A DNA stretch of 63,978 nt, filler included, from Chrysochromulina tobinii (taxonomy: Eukaryota), in assembly GCA_001275005.1 (NCBI GenBank). It is 11 parts of 11 records of this genome, joined end to end, with 100 filler letters (N's around TTAATTAATTAA, not from the genome) between each part and the next. Parts side by side here need not be neighbours in the genome. Positions count along the whole stretch, not along the records: positions 39,521 to 48,999 come from JWZX01000189.1; positions 49,100 to 52,437 come from JWZX01000190.1; positions 52,538 to 56,019 come from JWZX01000191.1; 8 more parts are not named here. One strand, given 5' to 3'. Both the position numbers and the translations under genes were made by a program. Below, piece after piece: positions 43,304 to 54,830 of the stretch; position 1 is the stretch's first letter; each line of letters starts with the position of its first letter. The notes below the pieces were generated by a model, which saw only the letters and a list, made by a program, of their open reading frames with translations, ran no database searches and was not told the DNA's origin.

Positions 43304-46300
43304 ATGCTGTGTCTTCTGACCTCAGCCCTGGCCATCGACGTGACGATCCTGCGCCCGGCCGCTGCCGGCTGGAAACGAACGCAGTGCGGCGGGGCCACCG
43401 GCACGACCGACCTGCCGACGAAATGGGCATCACAAGTGTCGCCGTCCGAGCCGCCGCTGCCCGAGTACCCACGCCCGACTCTCGTGCGCAGTCCCCACGG
43501 CATCTTTGACCGCAACAAGGGTGACGATACCACGTGGCGGACGCTCAACGGACTCTGGGAGTGGCAGCCCGCCGCATCGGCCACAGCTCCTCCGCCGTTT
43601 GGGCAGACGCTCGCTGGCTCTATCCTCGTGCCCTTCCCGATCGAGTCGTGCCTCTCGGGCGTGGCTCCCAAGAGCAGCAGCGCGTACGTCGACCGCTCCT
43701 TTTATCGGCTCGTCGTACAGCCGCGCCCCGCAAAGCAAGGCTCCCGCATGATGCTCCGCTTTGGCGCGGTCAACTGGCAAGCGGCGGTGTACCTCAACGG
43801 CGCGCTCGCCACCAACCACACCGGGGGGTACGACGGCTTCGAGGTGGAGGTGACCACCGCGTGGCGCAAGGCGTCCGCGTCCGCATCGTCCGACGGACGT
43901 GGCAGCACCGCCGAGATCGACGAGATCGGCGAGATCGGCGAGATCGAGATCCTGATCGCCGTCTTCAACCCGGCGGACCGCGGCGCGCAGCCCAACGGGA
44001 AGGCGCGCATCTCGGCGATCTCGAGCCCGGGAGGTGACACGTACACGCCCGCGTCGGGGCTGTGGCAGTCGGTGTGGCTCGAGGAGGTGCCCGCCGTCTT
44101 CATCTCGCGCGTCCAGATCGCGCAAAATGACCCGACGACGCTCACGGCCACCGCACACCTCGCGCTGCCGCATACGGAGCAGACTGACACGCCCTCGCTC
44201 ACGCCCTTGCACGCGCCCTCGAGCGCGCTCAACACGGCGCCGCGCCTCGACGACATGATGCTCCTGTACGAGGTGCTCGGCACGGCGCCCTCGCAGCAGG
44301 TGATCGCCTCGGGCAGCGCACCCGCGGGCACGCCCCTCCGCCTCACCATCCCGGAGCCGCGGCTTTGGTCGCCCGACACGCCGGTCCTGTACGACCTGCG
44401 CGTCACCTGCGCCGCGTGCGGCGCGTCGAGCGGCGCCGTCGTGGGCACCGACGGCCGCACCGACGGGCGCGCTGCATTGGGCGCGCACGAGGGCGGCGAC
44501 GTGGTGATGGCCTACTTTGGCCTTCGGACGTTTGAAGTGGATGCGTTTCCCGCGCGAAGGCGTCGAACAGCCCAAGCCGCGCCGAGCACCGCCGGCTCAC
44601 CACGCGCCGTGTCGAGCAGCGGCACGTCGCGCGCCGTGTCGGGCAGCGGCACGGGCGATAGCCACTACACCACGCCGCGCGCCGTGTCGGGCTACACCCA
44701 CTACACCACGTTGCTCGTGGGGCCTGACCTGATGACGACCAACCTGAGCCTTTCACAGGTAGCTGATTGCGACTGATGACGACTGATTGCGACTGATGAC
44801 GACTGATGACGACCAACCTGAGCCTTTCACAGGCGGAGAGCCTCTGCGACGCGGACGTGCGCTGCGTGGGCTTCACCTACCCCTCCAAGGACCCTGCCGT
44901 ACCGGCTGGCCCTGTCCCATGCACGCTCAAGCGCGCCGCGAAGCTCTACTTCACCTCGGACGAGTGGCAAACGTACCTGCGCCTGATTGCGACTGATTGC
45001 GACTGATTGCGACTGATTGCGACTGATTGCGATTGATTGCGACTGATTGCGAGTGGCAAACGTGCCTGCGCCCCGTGCACGCCGTCGCACGCCCTCAGCT
45101 CAACGGCCGTCCGCATGCAAGTGCTCATGACGGCGCCTCGCTCCCCACAGGTACCTGCGCCCCGTGCACGCCGTCGCGCGCCCTCAGCTCAACGGCCGCC
45201 CCATCTTCCTTGCGGGCTGGCTCGACCAATCCTACTGGCCGGATGGTCTGTACACAGCCCCTACCGACGAGGCGCTCGCTTTTGACGTACGCCCTGATGG
45301 CTGATTGCGACTGATTGCAACTGATTGCGACTGATTGTGGCTCCTACCGACGAGGCGCTCGCCTTTGACGTACGCCCTGATCCCCCCCGATCGCCCCACT
45401 GAGTGCCACTGATTGCCCCAGAATGACCACTGATGATTTGATCGCAGGTGGGTGCCGTCGCGTCGCTCCTCTGATGACCACTGATGACCACTGATGATCG
45501 AAGGTGGCCACTGATGATCACTGATGACCACTGATGATTTGATCGCAGGTTGGTGCCGTCGCGTCGCTCGGCTTCAATACGATCCGACTGCACCAAAAGG
45601 TGAATCCGGAGCGCTGGTACTACGCCGCGGATCGTCTGGGCGTGCTTGTGATGCAGGTGTGAACGCCTCCGACTGGTGTGAACGCCTCAGACCGGATTGT
45701 TGTCTGACTGGCCTCGGATGGCCTCTGACTGGCCTTGAGTCGCCTCAGACTGGTGTGAACGCCTCAGACCGGATGGCCTCTGACTGGCCTCGAGTCGCCT
45801 CTGAGTTGCCTCGGAGTGCTAATGCCGCAGGACGCGGTGCAAAAGTACGGCGGCGCGTCGAATGCAACCATCGCGTTCTTCGAGTCCGACTTGGTCGCCA
45901 TGATCCGCGGCCGTGGTAACCACCCCTCCATCGTGCAGTGGGAGACATTCAACGAAGACGATTGCTGGAAGGTCTTTGTGACGAAACCACACACGGTCGC
46001 GGAGGTCGTACAGCTCGCACGGCGCACGGATTGGCAAGGGAGGCCGGTAGACACCGATTCGGGCGGCGGAGATGACTATGACGAAGCGGGCGACGTGAAC
46101 GATATCCATTCCTACCCGTACCCGGGCGACCCCATCCCGTCGCCCAATAAGTATGCGACGACGCGCAGCGATGCTCGGCGAGCTCGGCGGCATGCAAGTG
46201 CTCATCACGGCGCTCGCGTCTTCGCCCCCCACAGGTATGCGATGCTCGGCGAGTTTGGCGGCATCGGATCCTTCACTCTCGACAAGGAGTGGGTGCCCGG

Positions 46301-48347
46301 AGGCTGTTACACGTACCTGCATGTGAACACCTCACAACTTGTGGCCGACACGTACATCAACATGACCGAGACGATGATTCGAGAGCAGGCGCGCCCGCGC
46401 GGTCTGGTTTCCACCTTATCTTCACAGCGATGCGGTCTGGTTCCATCCTTATCTCCATAGCCCGCCCACACCCGCTCCAATCCACACGCGAACGCTGAGG
46501 CAGCCTCAGTCACCCTTTCCTACCCCCATTTCGTTTGCGTTTGCATGCAATCCCCTCCCAAAGATAGCCCCTCGGACTGCGCCGCGTTTGCATGCAGGTG
46601 CCACGTGGCCTCGCCTCCCAAAGATGGCCTCTAACTACACCGCGTTTGCATGCAGGTGCCACGTGGCCTCGCCTCGTCCATCTACACCCAGATCACCGAC
46701 GTTGAGCTCGAGTGTGATGGCTTCTTTAATTACGACCGCACTCCCAAGCTCTCGGACGCTCAGTCGTTGGCAGTCTTCGAGGCGAATCAAAAGCTCATTC
46801 GTGCCGGTAGCGCCCCGATGCTCTCGGCGCCACCAAATGCGGCGAATGTGCAACAGGACCTACCCTCTCCCCACCAAATGCTCTCGGCGTTACCATATGC
46901 GGCGAAGGGGGCAGTGAAGGCACGGGAGGCGATGGAGGAGGCGACGCAAAAGACGGAGGCGGCGGACGCGGCGGAGGCGGCGGAGGCGGCGGAGGCAGTG
47001 GACGCGGCGGAGGCGATCCATACGAGTCCATCGCCGCCGCCCTCGTATGACAGCTGGAAGCTTGTGATGCTGACTGAGGCGGCGGCCGCCCGTGGCGCCG
47101 TCTGCTTGGATGGCTCCACTGCAGGTTACTACGTCGAGCGCGGCGCGGCGCGCGGGATCCTGTTGCACCTTCAAGGCGGCGGCTGGTGCACGAGCCTGGC
47201 GGACTGCCGGTCGCGTGCGGACACATTCCTGGGCTCGTCGGCGAACTTTGCGCAGGATCGAGACGGCATCCTCGATGGGTGCGGATGACGACTGATGACG
47301 ACTGATGACGACTGATGACGACTGATGACGACTGATGACGACTGATGACGACTGATGACGACTGATGATGGGTGATGGGTGCGGATACAACGGAACGCCC
47401 TCGCCGACCGCTTGCAAGTGCTCAGCACGGCGCCCCCCCTCGCCCACAGGTACGACGGTGGCGCGCATGGGCTCTTCTCGAACTCGTCAACGGTCAACCC
47501 CAGCTTCCATAACTGGACCAAGGTGTACGTGCGCTACTGCGACGGCGGCTCCTTCTCGGGCGATGCGCTCGCGACGGCGCCCGACGGCAAGACGCTGCAC
47601 TTGCGCGGCCGGCGCATCCTCGACGCCGTCCTCGACGCGCTGGTCGAGCGCGAGGGCTTCGCACTCGGAGACGCACTCGTCGCGAGCGGCTGCTCGGCAG
47701 GGGGGCTCGCCATCTGGCTGCACCTCGACTACATGACAGAGTACCTGGGCGCCAAACTGAGCGGCCGAGCGAACGTGCTGGGCGTGCCGGAGTGCGGACT
47801 CTTCATGGACCTGCCCACCGCCACTGGCACTCCGCAGATGACGCCCGCCTACCGCGCCGTCGCTCAGATGCAGAATGCCACCGCGGCGGGGGGCAACCTG
47901 AACGCGGGCTGCCTCGCCGCCTACCCAGCTCCCGAGCAGTGGCGTTGCTTCCTCGCGCAGTACGTGCTGCCGCACGTGCGCACGCCGTTCTTCGCCGTCA
48001 ACTCGGTCTACGACTCGTGGCAGACGGTCAACATCCTCAACGCCACCGCTGAGTGCGCGAGCAATCCGAGCGCTTGCACCTCTGCCGAGACCGCCGCCAT
48101 CGAGCGCCTTCGCACCACGATGCTCGGGAACCTGAGCGCTGTGCCGGGCGCCTACTCCACCTCGTTCTTCACGTACAACTGCGCGACGCACTGTGGCCAG
48201 ATGGCCCACGACGACCGCTGGGCCGTGCTCCAGGACGGCGCACTCTCCTTGCGGGACCGTTTAGGCCGTTGGATACTCAGCGGCGAGGCACACCGGTCGG
48301 TTGCCCCAGCGGGATGGGGACCGGCGGAGCAGCCGTCGTGCAAGTGA
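43304..48347 (+). CDS. Glycoside hydrolase family 2 - pectin acetylesterase (Notum-like) fusion, 8 exons (introns 44759-44832, 44973-45150, 45287-45548, 45657-45830, 46151-46234, 46389-46655 GC-AG, 47279-47449)
   Basis: GH2: [127 protein letters not shown]. All junctions are frame-consistent. Confidence 0.88.
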
Positions 48348-48523
48348 GTACGACGCGTGGTGGCAGCGTTGAGCTTGCTTGCCTTGGGGGCCGGGGCAAC
48401 GGAGGCGGCGGCGGGGAGAGCAGGGGAAGAGGGGTATTAGAATGGTTCCGACCGAGCGAAACCGACCGGTTCGAGATCCGACGAGATTATACTGTAGAGA
48501 TCCTACGAAAACAATGAGGTTAT

Positions 48524-48978
48524 TGCTCAACACGGATCTAATAGTTACACCACATGCTCAACACGGACTTAGCAAGTCCGTGTTGAGCTAAGTCCGTGTT
48601 GAGCATATGGTTTTTTTTCTCAACACGGACTTAGCTAGTGTGACTATGAATTCACACTTGCTAAGTCCGTGTTGAGCATATGGTTTTTTTTTCTCAACAC
48701 GGACTTAGCTAGTGTGACTATGAATTCACAGTTGCTAAGTCCGTGTTGAGCATATGTTTTTCGGTGCTCAACACGGACTTCTTGGTGTGATTGACGATCA
48801 AGTCCGTGTTGAGCATATGTTTTTTTTCGTGCTGAACACGGACTTCATAATTGTGAATCACACCCAAAACGAATAACATTTGCTTAACACGGACTTATCA
48901 AGTCCGTGTTAAGCATTTTCACAGGATGGATTTGTGAATTTGTGCTCAACACGGACTTGCTAAGTCCGTGTTGAGCAC
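48524..48978. repeat. Array of ~15 alternating direct/inverted 15-mers (GCTCAACACGGACTT), probable transposon subterminal region
   Basis: About 8 forward and 7 reverse (AAGTCCGTGTTGAGC) copies in AT-rich sequence running into the contig end. Confidence 0.85.
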
Positions 48979-49099
48979 ATGTTTTTTGGCGGGCACCAAN
49001 NNNNNNNNNNNNNNNNNNNNNNNNNNNNNNNNNNNNNNNNNNNTTAATTAATTAANNNNNNNNNNNNNNNNNNNNNNNNNNNNNNNNNNNNNNNNNNNN

Positions 49100-52000
49100 T
49101 CATAGGGGCTACATTGGATGGCGCGGACTTGTTCGGGAGGCGGTTCCCAACGTAGTTGACGAGATGTTGCATGGCAAGCGCGCGAAAGCGCCGCCCCTTC
49201 TCAGGCGGCATTGCCCTGTTGAGGCATGCGCGTACCCGTGGGTAGTAAATGCGCCACGTTGACTCCGCTTTGCCATGCTGAGCAGGGCGGTAGCGCACCG
49301 AGAACAAGCGCTGGATGGCGGCGTCGTCGCAGAATTCCTCAGACTCGACGCCTTCGTACTCGGGGGCATTGTCAAACTGACAGCCCGCGACGTTGACTGA
49401 GGAGCCCGAGTAGAAGTTGATGAAGGCGTTGTACTTGAGGAAAGCCTGCTGCTGCGTGGCCCAGACGCGGTCTGGAATAGACATGACGAAACGGATGTTG
49501 GAGAAATCGTCGCAAAAACAGACGTCGTACCGCGCTCCGAAGAAGATGTCCTCGGCGTACGGGCCGTGCACGTCGATATGAGTGAGTTGCCCGACGCGTG
49601 TCGCCGTGATGCCATGCGCAGCCAAGTGACGGCGTATAGCCTTGTTGGCCAGGCAGTGCTCGCACTCGTGAGGGAGCACGACGGACTTGGTGAACGGCGT
49701 GCCTTCGGTCGAGCTATGTAGTTGAGCAAGCGTCGAATTGCCAGCGTGCCCGATGCGCTCGTGCCACAAAAGGACTGTCGCATCATCGAACACCGTTCGT
49801 GCGGCCAAAACCTCCGCCGTGTCTGATTCTCCAGGCGCCGTGAACCTGACCACCATCTTGTACGGTGGGCCCTGAAACGGCTCTAGCCCTCCGTCTTCCC
49901 ACTCGAGGAACCCTCCGAACTTAGGTCCGCGAGCAGTGCGGGTCTCGATGCCGACTTCGGCAAGGGCGGGACCCGAGAGAAGAACCTTTTGGAATTTTGA
50001 CGAGACAAGGCCGCGACGGAGAACTGCCTTGCGCCCAGAGACCGGGAAGTGAACCACCGTCTCGACGAGCGCCTCGACGGGGACAACCTCGGAGTTGGCC
50101 ACTCGCACAACAATGTCCGGAGACCACTTGAGGACGCGCGTGTTCGTGATCGAGGTCAAACAGAGCATGTCGGCGCCCGTGTCGACGCACACAGTGACAT
50201 CCCCGTCCGTCTCATTGCCCGTGGAGACGTCGAACGCGTGGACGAGCACCGAGGCATCGAACGTCTGATAGACAATCGTGGACGATGACGGCGGGCGACA
50301 GGGCACAAGCGCGAAGGCGCCAATCGGGCGAATCGGTACGAAGCTCACCGCCGCGTACCCGATGCACAAGACTGCGACGACGACCGCGAGGAAGTACATT
50401 CCGTCGCGGACGGCACGGTCAGTAAATGATAGGGCTGCAAGCACAGCCGCGAAGAAAGCCGCGACCACGCCCGCGACCACGGTACCTGGGGAGATGGACA
50501 AAACGAACCAAGACGCAGGCGCCGCCATGTCGGCTGCCAGCTTGGCCGCCTGCTCCTCGGCAGCCTGCTTGGCTGCCTCCCTCTCGGCGTCCAGCTTGGC
50601 CGCCAGCTTGGCCGCCAGCTCGGCCGCCTCCTCCTCGGCAGCCTGCTTGGCTGCCTCCCTCTCGGCGTCAAGCTTGGCCGCCAGCTTGGCCGCCAGCTCA
50701 GCCGCCTCCGCCTCGGCGGCCCGCTCGGCTGCAATCTCCTCAGCGGCATTCGCGGCCGCCCAGGCAATCGCGGCCGCCAACTCAGCACGCCGGGCGGCCT
50801 CGTCAAGCGCAGGTGCATCACCCAACACCAGCCACCGACCAGCGGCCTCTGCTGTCAGCCGGTCAGCAGTCGGAAGCGCCGGTGAGGATACCGATGGCTT
50901 GCCGAAGGACTCGACCATACCGGCGCCGAACGTGAAAGCCGGCGCGTACGACGATGACTGCCAGCGAACCGCCTGCGCCCACTTGTCCAGCTCGTGGGCG
51001 TCGCCCGCCGCAGAGCCGCAGTAATTGGCGTTGTATTCATCTTCATCTTCGCTGACCGTCGCAAGTGACGAGGCCGGCGCCTTCTGTGGCCGCGCCGTGC
51101 GAGCCAGACGCACGCGCGGGGGCCCACCGGGCACCTTTTTATACTCGCCCTTGACGTGCTGTTTGTGCCATAGTTCGTATTGCTCCGCCACGGCCGGCGG
51201 GAGACGAAGGTTGTGCGCCATGAGGCCGTTCTTGATCCAGCAGAACTCGTCCACATGATTCTCGGAACCGCACGAGTCACACTCGACCACAGCCTCGCAT
51301 TTGAAGCCAAATTCGTGAGCGACCTTGCAGCCCCGCGCACATGGGTGCCGAACGAGCCCGCCGCCGGGCGCGGGCGCAGGCATTGGCGAGCCCTTGTCGG
51401 GCGGGCGCGGGCGGTACGCCGCGTTGACTTCAAACTCGCCTTGCGCGATGTTCGCATGTGCCTCGGCAAGAAGAGAGCGCTTGACCCGTTGCTCGGTCGC
51501 GCTGCGCGTCTGCGCGGCATGGTTGCGCAGCAGCTCCTCGAGCATGACCGCAATGAACTGCGTGCGATGGGCAACAGTGGCGCGCAGGCCATTGGTGCGC
51601 GCATGCGCCATCTCGGCCGACGCGTGCATCGGATGCCCCTTGGGCGGCGTGCTGATGACCGGCCACCAGATGGCACGAGTGGCATCCGTAGCGTCGAAGC
51701 CCAGCTTCTGGGCCACGCGGATCTTGTCGCTAACCATGGCTTGAAACTCAATAGGGTCCAGCTTAGAGGGCCACTTTGGCTGCAGCAAAGCCACAGCCTC
51801 TGCATTGAGATCATCCGGCAGCTTAGTCGTCGAGTAGCACGTCTGCAGCGTCGCAAACGCCTGCGGCACAGCTCCGATGACGCCGCTAGCAAACGTGCAG
51901 TCCTTAATCAGTTCACGGGCATCTCCACCTTCCAGCAGAGAGTTGTTGATGAAGGCTCGCAGTGCTAACTGCCGGCGCTGCCGCAGCGTCGGTCCCGCCG

Positions 52001-52259
52001 CCGTGACAACGGCAAGATCATCGCTTGCAAGCTGCGCTGCAGTGAGTGCGGTCACCGCCGTAAGCGCTCCCGTAAACTCCAGCTCGGCCTTGAACATTGG
52101 TCTGGTGGCAACGGCGTCCAAGAGGGCTTGCCTCCAGCGATGCCAATCCCGCTCCGGTTGCTTCTCGTCGAGAACCGCGACGCTGAGCCCAGCCACGGCC
52201 TCACAAGACGTTTGAAATGCAGACTCAAGCCCCGGGTCAACTGCAGCTGCGGCGGCCAT
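49100..52259 (-). mobile_element. Ty1/Copia LTR retrotransposon gag-pol (gag, protease, integrase; RT beyond gap)
   Basis: CCHC CDSCGSENHVDEFC; protease VDTGAD; LWHERIGH...CEHC; integrase HIDVHGP, FCDDFS, FDNAPEY, HGKAE. PR directly followed by IN is the Copia order. Confidence 0.93.
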
Positions 52260-52699
52260 CTGACGACCTCTTGTCGCGGGAGGCTTGCGCGAGATGGTTG
52301 ATGTGTTGTAGAGGATAGAGCAGAAGGTCGATAGACCTCCACGCTACTATGAGAGAGCAGAGCAGAGAAGAGCGCGTTGCTGAAGAGAGTTTTCCAGAAA
52401 GCGAACCTACAGAGCACACGGAGACACACATCTCCATNNNNNNNNNNNNNNNNNNNNNNNNNNNNNNNNNNNNNNNNNNNNTTAATTAATTAANNNNNNN
52501 NNNNNNNNNNNNNNNNNNNNNNNNNNNNNNNNNNNNNCCGTGCGGCATGTGCTGGCGGCTATGATGAAGACCAGGGCGCTGACAAGTCTTACAGTTCGTT
52601 CGCGCTCGACGGTGTCCACGTGGCGTGCGCTTGGGCTGCTGGTGAGGGCTCGGTCGCCATTGGATGTGCACGCTGAGGTTCTTTTTTGCAGTCATCGAT

Positions 52700-53960
52700 T
52701 CAGCGAGGCTCCTTGAGCGCTCTCAGCACGGCGAGAGGCGGCGTCCGCCGCCACCGCCGCTGCCCCCGCCTCCACCGCCTCCACCGCCGCCGTCGCCGCC
52801 GCCATGCCCACCGTCACCATCACCTCCGCCACCATCATCACCACCCTGGCCGCCGCCCTCGCCCCCACCCAGCTTCTCGAGGGCGGCGAAGCTCGAGGGC
52901 ATGCTCGTGCGGCTGCTCCGGTATGACTGGCCCGACGGCTGGCCCGACTTTGTGCTCAGCGCGGCGCTGCCACCGGTGCACTTCGAGGCGCTGCGGAGCG
53001 CTGTGATGTCGGCATGCTCCACGTACACATCCCGCTCGAGCGTCTCGCAGGTGATTGCGACTGATGGCCTCCCTCATCGCACCTGATGGCCTCCCTCATC
53101 GCACTTGATGGCCTCCCTCATTGCACCTGATCGTCTCGCAGCGACCGGTAGCATCCCGGGGTGGACGGAGGCGCAACTTTCGCATGCCGCCGGGGCGCTC
53201 GCTTTCCTCTGGCACCCGGGCCGGCACGCGCTGTGTCGGTCACCATCGGGCGCGGCGGTGCTGGCGCAGGTGCGATGACCTCTCATGTCACCTGATGGCG
53301 CCTGATGACGCTTGATTACGTCTGATTACATCTGATTACGTCTGATTACAGGTGCTCAGCATGATCGACGCGTTTGCCGACGGAGCGGCGCACTCGGGCG
53401 ATGACAAATCCCTCAAGCTCGGCTTCGAGATCGCGACCTCATTAGCGGAGGAGGCGCCCTCATTCGCGGCCTCATTAGCGGCGTCATCAGCGCCCTCATT
53501 AGCGGCGTCATCAGCGCCCTCATCAGCGGCGTCATTAGCGCCCTCATCAGCGTCCGCCTCGCTCACCACGGCGCTCCATGAGGCGCGCTCGGCTTCGGTG
53601 AGGCTGCTCTGATGGCCAGTGAGTGGTGCATGCTGATTACTGCCCTCATTAGTGCCAACGCATGCGAATACCACGGTGCGTCCCCAGTCTACGTTTGGAC
53701 GTCCTCTGCCCTTGATTGCCCTTGATTGCACTTGATGAGTCTGACAATCACGCCGCGCCGTCTTGAGCGCCGAGCAGTGTATGAGTTGCACGCCCAGGAC
53801 GGCGGCGTGCTCCTGCGTGCGTGGGTGCCGTTCACCAAGCTGCGCCCGCCCGCGCCCGAGGATTTCGGGAGCGTCGCGTCAAGTGACGGCGCCATCGACA
53901 TTGTGCTGCTCCAGAGGTGCTTGGGCACCGACAAAGTGGTCGCCATCCCGCGGCCAAGCT
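52700..53960 (+). CDS. Hypothetical multi-exon gene fragment (Pro-rich; introns 53051-53141, 53270-53351), possibly frameshifted
   Basis: Coding-like segments (LLRYDWPDGWPDFV; GWTEAQLSHAAGALAFLW; VLSMIDAFADG) are separated by GT-AG repeat-rich introns; the frames do not fully reconcile. Confidence 0.4.
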
Positions 53961-54203
53961 TGTTGCCAAAACAGGGAGGGACGGAGAGGGACTTAATAGC
54001 GTATTCTCTAACTCTGGGATTGGAGTGGGATTTTCCATGTCAGTCCCTTTTTCGTTCGTGTGCGTGTGGTCGGGTCGCAAAAAGGGTTTCCATCTTAAAA
54101 TGGTCAGTCAATTGTCAGTCAAGGGTTCGTTTACTAGCTAAATGACTAATCCTCGACTGACCAATTTCCGCCACTGGCGAACGATGGAGGGGCGAGCCTC
54201 TTG

Positions 54204-54830
54204 CGAGCAGTGGATGCCCGCATGGCTGCTTGATGGGAAAGAGGTTTGCGCGTCGACAGCGCCTGTGTTGACGGGCACGGCGACCGCAGTCAACAGTCGA
54301 TTTAAGAACGAGAACAGCACCGTCCATGACGCGGCTTGCCGAGAATCTCGGCAGCACCAATGATGTGAGTGAGGCGTGCTTGTTCCATGAGGCGGCGAGC
54401 CCGAGCAGGAGATGGAGCTCGAACTCGCCTCGCCTCCGGCTCCGTTGAAAGCTCTCCTCCGTGCATCGGCTCACAAGCTCACAAGCCCATGCGCGTTCGA
54501 TCCCCGCCTCGCAAGTCGTTGTCATCGGAGTGTCGACCCGCATGTTGAGGCACGCGCACACCGGGCGGCTCGAGGGGTGGCGCCGCGGCCCTCGTGGCGG
54601 CTGCTGGCGCACCCTTCGCGGTTACGTCGAACGTTGGCGGCTCGGCTCGAATCCCGTCGCTCTACTGCGGCCTATTTGGAGAAAAGCCGGCTGAAGGCAC
54701 CATTCCCATCTCGGGCACGCTGCCGCACGTGCCGCCTGGCTCGCTCGTCTCGATCTATTGCCAGCTGGGTCGCCCCACCACGCGCCACGCGTGCGACCTC
54801 TATCCGCGCGTCACACGCTTACCTGCCGTG
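54204..54830 (+). pseudogene. Amidase-signature (FAAH-like) pseudogene fragment
   Basis: AAAGAPFAVTSNVGGSARIPSLYCGLFGEKP corresponds to a degenerate GSDxGGSIRIP..CG..G.KP; the upstream part is frameshifted. Confidence 0.7.

Noticed and set aside
48524..48978. CRISPR array
   Set aside because: Repeats alternate in orientation, spacers are irregular and partly duplicated, no cas genes are present, and the context is eukaryotic.
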